The position numbers were made by a program, and so were the translations under genes. Below are positions 29,106 to 38,524 of a stretch of DNA of 64,000 nt, piece by piece. Within the stretch, counting starts at the first letter, position 1; each line of letters begins with the position of its first letter. The notes below the pieces were generated by a model, which was not told where the DNA came from, did no database searches, and worked only from the letters and a program-made list of their open reading frames with translations. The stretch is from contig CAZZCN010000006.1 in NCBI GenBank assembly GCA_964652975.1, forward strand, positions 4,099 to 68,098. Direction: 5' to 3'. This stretch comes from an uncultured Oscillospiraceae bacterium. GTDB lineage: Bacteria > Bacillota > Clostridia > Saccharofermentanales > UBA5734.

Positions 29106-30224
29106 ATGGGAGCAAGGGAAGATACTTTGGCAATTCTGCATTATGGCAAATACGAGAATCTACCGATAGTACACTTCGGGTACTGGACAGAAACTATCGA
29201 GAAATGGCATAAGGAAGGGCATATTACCGACGCAGAGGCCGTGAATGTCTGGGATAATTCAGACAATGAAGGCATAATAAGCAGGAGGCTTGGGTTTGAC
29301 TATAACTGGAACACTCTGTTTAGTGGTAATTCTGGTCTTTATCCGGCATTCGAAGAGAAGATTTTGGAAGTGCTGCCAAACGGTCAGGTCAAGAAAGTCG
29401 ATTCGTGGGGAGTAATTATTTTAGAGAAACCCGGTGTTGTCTCCATACCTTCTGAAGTAGGGCATCTGCTTGAAGACAGGGAGTCATGGGAAACTCATTA
29501 CAAGCCCAAGCTCCAGATGAATTACGACCGCATAAGCAAGGAATTCCTGGCTAATTTTGTGTCAACCAAAGACAGGCAGATACCAACTGGAATTCACTGT
29601 GGAAGTCTATACGGCAACATCAGAAACATGATGGGTGTCGAAGGGACATGCTATATACTGGCTGACGACGAGGAGCTTTTTACAGAAATAATCGATACCA
29701 ACGCCAAAATGCAACTGGAGGTTGTTGAAGCTGTCCTTAAAACCGGTGCAATCCCTGATTACGGTCATTTCTGGGAGGATATCTGCTTTAAGAACGGACC
29801 ACTGGTAAGTCCAAGGATTTTCGCCGAAAAGGTCGGTCCATGGTACAAGAAATTCAGTGAATTACTGTCAGGTTACGGGGTCGACATCATCAGCGTTGAC
29901 TGTGACGGTATGATTGACGAACTTATTCCCACCTGGCTGGAGAACGGCGTAAACACTATGTTCCCTATCGAAGTTGGAACCTGGGATGCTTCTATTGCAC
30001 CATGGCGCGAGAAATACGGTAAAAATATTCGCGGTGTAGGCGGCATGAACAAGACCGTTTTCGCCAGAGACTACAAGGCAATTGACGAAGAGATCGAGAG
30101 ACTCAAGGCATTGGTTGACCTTGGCGGATACATACCATGTCCCGATCATAGAATAGCACCGGACGCAAAATGGGAAAATGTTCAATATTATTGCGAAAAG
30201 ATGCGCAAGGAATTTAACAAGTAA
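29106..30224 (+). CDS. Uroporphyrinogen decarboxylase (URO-D) family protein
   Basis: 372 aa with RBS AAGGAGG. The C-terminal GGYIPCPDHRIAPDAKWENVQYY block and overall layout match the URO-D/MtaA-like family common in Clostridia. Confidence 0.65.
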   Translation: MGAREDTLAILHYGKYENLPIVHFGYWTETIEKWHKEGHITDAEAVNVWDNSDNEGIISRRLGFDYNWNTLFSGNSGLYPAFEEKILEVLPNGQVKKVDSWGVIILEKPGVVSIPSEVGHLLEDRESWETHYKPKLQMNYDRISKEFLANFVSTKDRQIPTGIHCGSLYGNIRNMMGVEGTCYILADDEELFTEIIDTNAKMQLEVVEAVLKTGAIPDYGHFWEDICFKNGPLVSPRIFAEKVGPWYKKFSELLSGYGVDIISVDCDGMIDELIPTWLENGVNTMFPIEVGTWDASIAPWREKYGKNIRGVGGMNKTVFARDYKAIDEEIERLKALVDLGGYIPCPDHRIAPDAKWENVQYYCEKMRKEFNK

Positions 30225-30253
30225 AAATCAACCAAGTAGCAGGTAAAAACAAA

Positions 30254-30291
30254 AGAGGCGGTATGTTCCCAAACACGAACATTCCGCCTCT
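30254..30291. terminator. Bidirectional rho-independent terminator
   Basis: AGAGGCGGtATGTTC-ccaaacac-GAACATtCCGCCTCT forms a 14-bp stem with one mismatch. It is flanked by an A-run on the left and a short T-run on the right, between convergent genes. Confidence 0.75.
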
Positions 30292-30337
30292 TTAAAATTG
30301 ATTTTGTTTCATTTTTCATAATAACAATTATGAAGTT

Positions 30338-30441
30338 ATATAGCAAACTGATTTAAGTTATATAATAGAAATACTAGAAAATAGTTTGCCAAATGCGTTT
30401 TGATATCATATCGATTATACAACTTATTTCAAAACGATATA
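30338..30441 (+). repeat. Copy B of the roughly 100-bp intergenic repeat element (partner at 3646..3747)
   Basis: ATATAGCAAAC-N34-GTTTGCCAAATGCGTTTTGATA-N19-TATTTCAAAACGATATA. Block order and the N34 spacing match copy A. Confidence 0.7.
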
Positions 30442-30478
30442 AATAATATAGTTTTACTATGTCGTTTTACAAATCTCC

Positions 30479-32479
30479 CTATGAATCCGCTTGAACCGCT
30501 GTTTCTGGAGAATTCGCCTCAACTGTTGTTTTGGCAATGGCATCATTCCCTGCTTTATTTTTTGTCAGCAACGAGACGATGATCAAAGTTATAAAGCTTA
30601 GTGGTACTGATACAATAGCCGGGTTGTTTATTGGCATTGGTGCTACTGTGTTGGCAAGGTGATATACATTGGTGAAGGTCTCCTGAGACAAGAGAATAAT
30701 TGTAAGAGAGGATACTAGACCAACACAGATGGATGCGATTACGCCTTTGGCTGTTGTTTTTTTCCAGAATAGAATCATTAAAATTGCCGGCAGATTGGCG
30801 GATGCGGCTACTGCAAACGCCCAACCGACAAGGAATGAGACGTTCATGCTTTTAAATACAATACCCAAAGCCATTGCAATGCATCCCACAACAATTGCGG
30901 TTATTTTGCCTGCGGCTACTTTTCGTTTATCCGATAGTTTCATGTTAAAGAATCTGTCCATCAAGTCGTGCGCAACAGCGCCTGAAGCTGCGACTATAAG
31001 TCCGCTTACTGTTCCGAGAACTGTGGCAAATGCAATTGCGGATATAATGGCAAAAATCGAGATTCCGAAGCTTTTCGCAAGCAGAGGCGCCGACATGTTG
31101 TCATTTGTTAAATCTATTACCCCGTTCGTCATTGCTCCAAGTCCCATGTATAAAGTAAGTACGTAGAAAAGTCCGATTGCAGCTATTGCTACTATAGTTG
31201 ATTTCCTTGCTGCAGCAGGGCTTTTAACAGTGTAGTACCTGATCAGTATATGAGGAAGTGCTGCTGTTCCAAGAAAGAGCGCTATCATAAGCGATACAAA
31301 GTCCACTCTGTCTTTAGGTAAAGCGCCTTTTGCAGGATCAACTTTATATTTAAGTCCCGGCGCGATAAAATCCTTGCCGGCTGTAGGTATCTGATAGTAA
31401 ATAGCCACTTTGCTGTCCCCGTCACTGACAAGAACCTTGCTCCAGCGAATTACAACTCCTTCTTTGATTGTCTCTGTAAATGTCAACAGATTCAATGTTC
31501 CTTTGGGTGCAACGTCTGTCTTGCCTGCAATTTCGCTTAAGTGACCAACCTGGTAAAATTTGCCTTCCTTTTTAAGTTCGCCGTTATAAAGTGCAGTACC
31601 GTCGGCAAGTGTTTTAATAAACTGTGTCTCAGAGAGAATTTTTTTGGTTTTGTCAAGTTTCCATATGCTCTCTATATTATCTTTTGAAAGCTTTACAAAA
31701 ACCATGTCCTTGTTTCTATCATTAGATTTATCCTTGACTATGATTTCTCCTGTTACCTTATATGTACTGTCTGCAATAACAACCGAATTCTCAGAAATTT
31801 CAGAAACGCTGATGGTTTTGAAATCATGGTAAGCTACATTGCCTCCTTGATCCGGCTTAGTTGACAATCCACGTGAAAGTACTAAAAATACAAGGACCAG
31901 CGAAAAAATAATTAAAAGTCCGCCTTTTAGAAATTGAACATAGGTGGTTGAGGCCATGCCCGCTGTTGCAACGATTGCAATAACGATTACACCAACCAAT
32001 ATTACACCTGCTTCATGAGGCAATCCAAGTAACGGTGTTACAAGTGTACCTGCGCCGACCATTTGAGGTATCAAGTAGAACATAGATACCAATAGCGTGC
32101 TTATCGCCGCCATGAGTTGTATACCCTTTGAATTGAACTTTGCATCAAGTGCGTCTGTAAAAGTATATTTACCTAAGCGTTTCATCGGTTCGGCAATAAC
32201 GAAAAGTGCGACTACCCATCCTGCAAGATAACCTATTGAATACAAAAATCCATCGTATCCATACATGGCAATCATGCCGCAAATTCCAAGAAATGATGCT
32301 GCTGAAAGGTAATCGCCAGCAAAAGCTATGCCGTTTACAGACCAGTGAATATTACCGCCGGCAGCAAAATAGCCGTTGGCAGATTTAGTTTTGCGTGCAA
32401 AATGGTACGAAATAGCAAGCACGGAAATGATAATAGCAATAAAGATAGCAACCGCCCAAGGTGATGATATATAATTCAT
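30479..32479 (-). CDS. actP: Cation/acetate symporter (SSS family, ActP-like) with a large extra loop domain
   Basis: 666 aa. N-terminus: YFAAGGNIHWSVNGIAFAGDYLSAASFLGICGMIAMYGYDGFLYSIGY. It also carries LPHILIRYYTV. It is paired with an upstream DUF485 gene through a 4-nt overlap. Confidence 0.85.
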   Translation of the reverse strand: MNYISSPWAVAIFIAIIISVLAISYHFARKTKSANGYFAAGGNIHWSVNGIAFAGDYLSAASFLGICGMIAMYGYDGFLYSIGYLAGWVVALFVIAEPMKRLGKYTFTDALDAKFNSKGIQLMAAISTLLVSMFYLIPQMVGAGTLVTPLLGLPHEAGVILVGVIVIAIVATAGMASTTYVQFLKGGLLIIFSLVLVFLVLSRGLSTKPDQGGNVAYHDFKTISVSEISENSVVIADSTYKVTGEIIVKDKSNDRNKDMVFVKLSKDNIESIWKLDKTKKILSETQFIKTLADGTALYNGELKKEGKFYQVGHLSEIAGKTDVAPKGTLNLLTFTETIKEGVVIRWSKVLVSDGDSKVAIYYQIPTAGKDFIAPGLKYKVDPAKGALPKDRVDFVSLMIALFLGTAALPHILIRYYTVKSPAAARKSTIVAIAAIGLFYVLTLYMGLGAMTNGVIDLTNDNMSAPLLAKSFGISIFAIISAIAFATVLGTVSGLIVAASGAVAHDLMDRFFNMKLSDKRKVAAGKITAIVVGCIAMALGIVFKSMNVSFLVGWAFAVAASANLPAILMILFWKKTTAKGVIASICVGLVSSLTIILLSQETFTNVYHLANTVAPMPINNPAIVSVPLSFITLIIVSLLTKNKAGNDAIAKTTVEANSPETAVQADS

Positions 32480-32832
32480 TTAACATCACCTCCCGTTGCA
32501 GTATTTTCAGAACATTCATTTTTAATGCTCGCAGCGTTTTCTTCATTCGCCTCGTTTTCGGCATCCTCAGCTTCTTCTTTTTCCTCAAGCCTTGTACAGT
32601 ATTGGTTGTAGATAACCGCCTGCACCAGCGCAAGTATTATCAGTCCGAATCCATAAACAATTGCCAGATTGAGGCTTCCAATATCAATTTTCATGAGTTT
32701 TGGGTTAACAACGTTGATTGTAACAAAAGTACCATATACCACTGTGTAGATTAAAACCATGACTATTCCAAGCCTGGCTTTTTTAGCGGTTGATTTTTGT
32801 TCCTTCCATTCCACTGCGGGACCGTGTGACAT
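32476..32832 (-). CDS. DUF485 (YjcH-like) membrane protein
   Basis: 118 aa with two TM helices and an acidic C-terminal tail. It is the canonical partner gene upstream of actP. RBS is AAGGAGG. Confidence 0.8.
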   Translation of the reverse strand: MSHGPAVEWKEQKSTAKKARLGIVMVLIYTVVYGTFVTINVVNPKLMKIDIGSLNLAIVYGFGLIILALVQAVIYNQYCTRLEEKEEAEDAENEANEENAASIKNECSENTATGGDVK

Positions 32833-33542
32833 TTTTGTGCCCTCCTTGAAAAAAATATAATTTCATATTTTATATTTAGAAACTACATCATTGTAATTTT
32901 TAATATCAAATTTGCTAAATCTTATTAGCGAAATGAAGGATATTCGCGATACGAATTCCGGATCTTTATATTCAGACGTTTTAAATCTGCGTCAGAATGC
33001 AAAATTTATATTTATCTATTCTAATATTCAATAATTGCAATTATCTTTAGCTGAATAGCGCATTTCTCATTATTTGGTTATACATAACTATAATAATCCA
33101 TTGCAATTGATTTATAATACTTCTATTGTCAAATTATTTTTATTTTACGCCTATAGAATTTTCATTACAACAAAAATGGCATTATTATCAGAAAATATTA
33201 AGAAAACAATCTGTATAATGACAAATGCATCACATGTCTTCGTTTATAAAGGATAATCGAAAAGTGATTAATATACTAGAATTTCATCACTCCTAAAATT
33301 TAAAATTCGAGATACGAAGGCACTCACCGCTTTCTATTGTCATCAAATACAAAAAAGCCACCAGATTAACTGATAGCTTGTCTTAAATTAGTTGAATGTA
33401 AAAAATTGGCAGTGGAAAAATAAAAAAAGTTGTATTAACTATTATATTGTATTCATTGCAAATTTTATGAATATTATTTTATTTGATCTTTATATCCATT
33501 AGCTACACATAGAATCTTTACCTGAAATCTCTCATAGTCGTT

Positions 33543-33992
33543 TTACTTTTCGAACATTTTCAAAAATTCTCCATAACCTTCCTTTTCGAGATCAGCTACA
33601 GGGATGAATCTTAGCGCTGCCGAATTAATGCAATATCTGAGACCATTTGGTCCAGGGCCGTCTGTAAATACATGTCCCAGATGCGAGTCGGCAAATTTGC
33701 TTCTTACCTCAGTTCTAATCATGAAGTGGCTCTTATCGAGTTTCTCGTTTACATTCTCTTCATCAACAGGATTGGTGAAACTAGGCCATCCGCATCCTGA
33801 ATCGAACTTGTCCAGCGAACTGAAAAGTGGCTCGCCTGAGACAATATCGACGTATAAGCCTTCCTGGCTGTTATTCCAAAACTCATTTTCGAAAGGAGGC
33901 TCTGTTCCGTTTTCCTGTGTTACCTTGTACTGGATTGAACTCAGTCCTTGCTTAACAGAATCATCAAATTTGCTATAATCTTTTTTTGTCAT
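33543..33992 (-). CDS. msrB: Peptide-methionine (R)-S-oxide reductase
   Basis: 149 aa: [28 protein letters not shown]...[26 protein letters not shown]. Confidence 0.95.
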   Translation of the reverse strand: MTKKDYSKFDDSVKQGLSSIQYKVTQENGTEPPFENEFWNNSQEGLYVDIVSGEPLFSSLDKFDSGCGWPSFTNPVDEENVNEKLDKSHFMIRTEVRSKFADSHLGHVFTDGPGPNGLRYCINSAALRFIPVADLEKEGYGEFLKMFEK

Positions 33993-34030
33993 ATAACCCC
34001 TCCCGTAATACTGTTAAATGTCAATCATTG

Positions 34031-35443
34031 TTACTTCGGTGTCACTTTAATTTCAGTCGGTATGGTTCCTTCAAAAACAAACTGGCCATCTTTTATTCCT
34101 GCAAAGTCAATACTCATCTCAGGAATAACAGTGTAGAATCTTTCGAGATAAAACGAAAAAATATTCAGGTTTTCCCCTGAGCTTAAAATTGACTTTACGG
34201 GAACTATACCTGCATCGATGGCATCAAACTCCATCTCAATTCTGTTGTTATTGACTGCAAACCCACCTGCGGTAAAAAGGTTAATCTGGTCGGGTAGCGG
34301 AAATGGAATTTTGTCTGCGACATCCTTGTATAAATTTGTCTTTAATTTCTTAATATTTACTGATGAGCTTGATATTATTCTGCCATCCTTTTCAATCTTG
34401 ACCTGCGTGTCTTTGAACCACCAGAAGTGAGGTGCGATTTCGTTAAAAAATGCTGTTAACTCAACGTCTGATATGGTAATTGATTTATGTTCGTATTTTG
34501 AAAATTCCCAGTTGAAATCCTCGAAATTCAAATCCACTATCTCAATTGCCGCCGGCTCGTCAGAACCTGATATAAACATGCTGGATACGTCTGCACTTGA
34601 TGTTCCTAAACTTGTATTAATTGCACTTGATGCATTCATGCTTGAAAGAATAGCACTTGATGCCCCCATGCTTGATAGCAGGGTGCTTGATGCGCCCATG
34701 CTAGAAAGGGGTGCACTTGATGCCATCACACTCGACTTTACCGTGCTGGATATATTGATACTCGACATTAGAGCACTTGATGCATTCATGCTTGACTTTG
34801 CTACACTTGATTTAGCTGCACTTGACTTGGCTGTGCTGGATATAACAATGCTCGAATCAGTTGTACCTGGAATATTCGTTGTTATGTATCCCGTCGCCTC
34901 GTCGTCCCCTGCCAATATGGCACTGTTGTCATAAGTAACACCGTTACCGAGATCAGCTTCAATATGCATCCCGAGCTTCTGAATAACATTATTATAATCT
35001 TTCTGTGCATATCTGACGCCCAAGTCCTTTGGACCAAACAAGGCTATCTTTGCAAACACAAAGAATCCTGCAGCTACAACTATTAACAAGACCGACAGAA
35101 ATATCCAAAGCCCTGTATGACTTTTCTTTCTTGAAGCCAGAATTGGAGGTGTTCCGTATGGCGCAGCCATTGGCGGCGGTGTGTGTAGAGGCTGTTGAAA
35201 TGCTACAGTTGGTGGCGGAGGTGTATGTACCGGTTGTTGGACCGGAGGCGTCTGTATAGGTTGTTGGACCGGAGGTGTATGTACCGGTTGTTGGACCGGA
35301 GGCGTCTGTATAGGCTGTTGAACCGGAGGTGTCTGTGCAGACTTTACTGGTTCCTGGGCGGTTATATTTTCTATCTTTGTACCGCATTCATTACAAAAAG
35401 CATTTCCTTCGCTAACTTCACTACCACAATTTTTACAAAACAT
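34031..35443 (-). CDS. Zinc-ribbon membrane protein with Pro-rich and Ser-rich tandem repeats
   Basis: 470 aa: MFCKNCGSEVSEGNAFCNECG zinc ribbon, PPVQQP(I/V)(Q/H)T repeats, a TM helix (LWIFLSVLLIVVAAGFFVFAKIALF), SSxxxSSMxA decapeptide repeats, then a globular C-terminal domain. Confidence 0.8.
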   Translation of the reverse strand: MFCKNCGSEVSEGNAFCNECGTKIENITAQEPVKSAQTPPVQQPIQTPPVQQPVHTPPVQQPIQTPPVQQPVHTPPPPTVAFQQPLHTPPPMAAPYGTPPILASRKKSHTGLWIFLSVLLIVVAAGFFVFAKIALFGPKDLGVRYAQKDYNNVIQKLGMHIEADLGNGVTYDNSAILAGDDEATGYITTNIPGTTDSSIVISSTAKSSAAKSSVAKSSMNASSALMSSINISSTVKSSVMASSAPLSSMGASSTLLSSMGASSAILSSMNASSAINTSLGTSSADVSSMFISGSDEPAAIEIVDLNFEDFNWEFSKYEHKSITISDVELTAFFNEIAPHFWWFKDTQVKIEKDGRIISSSSVNIKKLKTNLYKDVADKIPFPLPDQINLFTAGGFAVNNNRIEMEFDAIDAGIVPVKSILSSGENLNIFSFYLERFYTVIPEMSIDFAGIKDGQFVFEGTIPTEIKVTPK

Positions 35444-35586
35444 AGTTCTCTCCTTTGTAATAAAATTTCACCTTTATCAAAGGTCTTTCAACAAGATAAT
35501 TCTTCACTTATTTCAACTATACCAAATTCCAAAATATCGCGCGTATGTCAAAACTTCTACTTACGTAGATTTTATATTACTTTTGG

Positions 35587-35602
35587 TGTATTTGCAAATA
35601 CA
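35587..35602. promoter_or_regulatory. Perfect 16-bp palindrome, candidate operator
   Basis: TGTATTTGCAAATACA lies about 145 nt upstream of the zinc-ribbon gene ATG (35443). Confidence 0.3.
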
Positions 35603-35722
35603 AATTAGTTAGAAATTGTAGGAAAATTCAGTGTAAATTTCAGTGATATAAACTCACGGATGTTATTTTTTTATGTGCCTGAAAAGAAAGCCACCCATCA
35701 TCACATTGAAACAATTCAAAAA

Positions 35723-36592
35723 CTAAGAAAATCGCAATGCAATAAGATAAATCACGCTGAAAAGAAAATGACACTGATTGGTTATCGGTATTCCGGTTCT
35801 TTTAGAGGCCGAGGCACTGCGATATGCCTTTATAGCAAGTGGTGCGGTTACGAAAACCAAAATACCTAATGGAGATATGTATCTTGTAATCATAAGAACC
35901 ACAACCAGCGCATACGAAGAAATCATGAGAAAAAGATACAGTCTTTTACTGAATCCGATTCCAGCCTTAACACTAAGCGTACCAAGGCTTAATCCTTTGT
36001 CCCGCTCATAATCGCGCATTTCATTGCTGAGCATAAGCAGAGGGATGAAAAAGCTTATCGGAAGTGAATAATAAAGGATATGCAATGAGAATGTCTGAGT
36101 GAAGACAAAATACGCCCCGAACACCATCAAGGGTCCCATGAAAAAAAACGACAGTGGAACACCTAGCGCTTTTCTCTTATATACGAAAGGTTCTCCGGTA
36201 TATGCATAACCTCCGATTATACCTGCCAGTCCTATAAAAAGCATGAATATATTCGTTATATATATAAGATACAGTCCGATAAGCGCAGCAGCTCCAAACG
36301 ATGCTAGTCCAAGCATAAAAACGAGTATGTCAAATCTGGATCGTTTTGCACCGAGAAATTTGTATTTTTGCGGTGAGTTGCGTTTGTAATGGAATGAACC
36401 CTCAAAATAATCGTTAACAAGGTTCGCCCCTGACTGTGCAAAAACTCCTGCAACCGTAACCAATAGGATAAGTACAACATTTCTTAAAGTTGAAAACCCG
36501 TCAAAAGCACCGTCCTTATATGCAATAATTATTCCTGTCGTGGTTGAGGCAAGCGCAAGCGTCAGAGACAAAGGCCTCAGTGCGACAATCAA
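35723..36592 (-). CDS. UbiA-family prenyltransferase (MenA-like)
   Basis: 289 aa with a TTG start and 8 to 9 TM helices. The second Asp-rich motif NEMRDYERDK is intact. The first motif reads NDYFEG rather than the usual NDxxDxxxD. Confidence 0.7.
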   Translation of the reverse strand: MIVALRPLSLTLALASTTTGIIIAYKDGAFDGFSTLRNVVLILLVTVAGVFAQSGANLVNDYFEGSFHYKRNSPQKYKFLGAKRSRFDILVFMLGLASFGAAALIGLYLIYITNIFMLFIGLAGIIGGYAYTGEPFVYKRKALGVPLSFFFMGPLMVFGAYFVFTQTFSLHILYYSLPISFFIPLLMLSNEMRDYERDKGLSLGTLSVKAGIGFSKRLYLFLMISSYALVVVLMITRYISPLGILVFVTAPLAIKAYRSASASKRTGIPITNQCHFLFSVIYLIALRFS

Positions 36593-36743
36593 ATCCTTTA
36601 TTAATGTGAAATAGTAATCCTTTGGTTTACTAAAATAATCTTTTAGAATTTCATTTTCCTCCTCGCTAATGAGTTGTGTTGTCTACATCTTATTGCATAT
36701 ACCCTATAAAATCAAGTTAACGAGACACATTTGCACTTTGGTA

Positions 36744-36772
36744 TTGCACTTTATAGTTCAAGTAGGTAGAAT
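36744..36772 (+). promoter_or_regulatory. Candidate sigma-A promoter for the ABC importer operon
   Basis: TTGCAC-17 nt-TAGAAT. The -35 belongs to a direct repeat TTGCACTTT (36731..36739 and 36744..36752). Confidence 0.45.
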
Positions 36773-36814
36773 AATAACGATGCTGCAAATCAATTATACA
36801 AGGATGGTTATCAA

Positions 36815-37753
36815 ATGAAAATCAAAATTTTACTGACTTTAATTTTAGTTGCAATTACACTGGCATCCTGTCAGCAGGCGATTACACCTGCCCCTTCGAT
36901 AAACGTTTCACCTACCCTTACTGCAGAGCAGAAGAAGCTTACCATAGGAGTAATGCCTGCCGTTGATGCGGCACCTATTTTTCTCGCCAAGGACAAAGGT
37001 TATTACAGTGCTCTGGGACTGGACGTCACAATCAAGGTTTTTACAAATGCAACAGACCGCCAAAGTGCCCTTCAGACAAACACAATAGACGGAGCGATGT
37101 CAGATATGATTGCCCTGATAACTAACGTACAAGGTGGATTCGACATTAAAGGCACAACTTTGACAGACGGAGTGTTCCCTGTCTTAATCAAGAAGAATTT
37201 TGTCGAAAAGAAAAATATCAAAGTTGCCATGATGGAGGTAAGCGTGTCCAACTATCTAGCTGATAAATGGCTTGGCCCCGACCATACAATTGAGAAGGTA
37301 TTTATAAACGAGATCCCGTCCAGACTTGAGATGATAAAGGCTGGCAAAGTAGATATGGGAATTTTCCCGGAGCCTATGGCAACAATGGGAAGCACTGACG
37401 GGATTGTCAAGAAAATTTACGATATAAAAGATGGTTATTGCCCTGACATCCTGGTTTTTACAGGTAGGGCATTAAGCACCAGGAGCATGGCGATTGGTTA
37501 TTTTCACAGAGCATACGACAGAGCTGTGACGGATATCCAAAAAGATGCAAGCCTTGCGAGAAACACTTTGATAACCAATCTAAATCTTAGTCCTGCAATA
37601 AAAGATAACATCACTCTTCCTGAATATCATTTATCGAGACTGCCTGACACTTACTATACGATGAGTATCAAGCAGTGGATATCAAGTGTCCTCAAAAAGC
37701 CTGTTGACATTTCAGAAGCGGATATTTTTAATTTGAATTATATACACAAATGA
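36815..37753 (+). CDS. ABC transporter substrate-binding lipoprotein (NMT1/THI5-like, NitT/TauT family)
   Basis: 312 aa with a lipobox (LTLILVAITLASC). GVMPAVDAAPIFLAKDKGYY is typical of the aliphatic sulfonate/nitrate/HMP binding family. Confidence 0.8.
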   Translation: MKIKILLTLILVAITLASCQQAITPAPSINVSPTLTAEQKKLTIGVMPAVDAAPIFLAKDKGYYSALGLDVTIKVFTNATDRQSALQTNTIDGAMSDMIALITNVQGGFDIKGTTLTDGVFPVLIKKNFVEKKNIKVAMMEVSVSNYLADKWLGPDHTIEKVFINEIPSRLEMIKAGKVDMGIFPEPMATMGSTDGIVKKIYDIKDGYCPDILVFTGRALSTRSMAIGYFHRAYDRAVTDIQKDASLARNTLITNLNLSPAIKDNITLPEYHLSRLPDTYYTMSIKQWISSVLKKPVDISEADIFNLNYIHK

Positions 37754-38520
37754 TAAAGGTTGAAAATCTTTCATTTAAATATAAAAGTCCGGATGCCCGC
37801 AAAGTTGGTAGTTTAAATGGTGCTGAAACTTATGCTTTAGAGGTGATTGACCGGATTTCACTTGATATAAGCGCCAACAGTACAACAGCTATTATCGGTC
37901 CGTCAGGCTGTGGCAAGACGACGCTTCTATATCTTATAGCAGGGCTGCTTCCCTTTGAGGAAGGCGAGATTAAAATCAACGGTGAGACTGTCACCGGTAT
38001 TAGAAGTTCTACCGGAGTAATTTTACAAAATTATGGACTTTTCCCATGGAAAACAATTAAACAAAATATTTTACTTGGTCTAAAGGCAAGAAACGTCCCC
38101 AGGAAAAGGTCATTAGAAATACTGGCGGACATTTTGAAGGAACTGGGAATAGAATCTGTTGCTGATCAATACCCTGCAAATGTAAGCGGCGGTCAGAAGC
38201 AAAGAGCTGCTATTGCAAGGACAATTGTATTAAATCCTGATATCTTACTTATGGACGAGGCGTCATCGGCTCTGGATACATTAACAAAAGAGACTATCCA
38301 GGACTTAATCCTTAAAATCTTTCTGGAAAGGCATACAACAATTGTTTTTATTACACACAGTATCGAAGAAGCTGTTTTTCTTGGGCAGAACATTGTAATT
38401 ATGGAGGGCGGGAAAATCAAGCAGATATTAGAAAATCCGAATGTCGGAATACCTGATTATCGCAGCAAAAAAGATTTCTTTGAAGTCTGTGCCAAAGTAA
38501 GAGAAGCACTCGAAAGGTGA
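37750..38520 (+). CDS. ABC transporter ATP-binding protein (NitT/TauT family)
   Basis: Walker A GPSGCGKTT, signature VSGGQKQR, Walker B LLMDEASSALD, H-loop ITHSI. Its start overlaps the previous stop (ATGA). Confidence 0.95.
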   Translation: MIKVENLSFKYKSPDARKVGSLNGAETYALEVIDRISLDISANSTTAIIGPSGCGKTTLLYLIAGLLPFEEGEIKINGETVTGIRSSTGVILQNYGLFPWKTIKQNILLGLKARNVPRKRSLEILADILKELGIESVADQYPANVSGGQKQRAAIARTIVLNPDILLMDEASSALDTLTKETIQDLILKIFLERHTTIVFITHSIEEAVFLGQNIVIMEGGKIKQILENPNVGIPDYRSKKDFFEVCAKVREALER

Positions 38521-38524
38521 TTGG

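Noticed and set aside
33074-33256. 60-aa ORF in the 710-bp intergenic gap
   Set aside because: It has no RBS and its composition (Ile/Asn/Tyr/Lys-rich) is what AT-rich non-coding DNA produces.
36593-36814. TPP (THI-box) riboswitch upstream of the NMT1/THI5-like binding protein
   Set aside because: There is no CTGAGA or ACCTGATCTGGATAATGCCAGCG-like core. The region contains only a promoter-like TTGCAC-17-TAGAAT and a short direct repeat.
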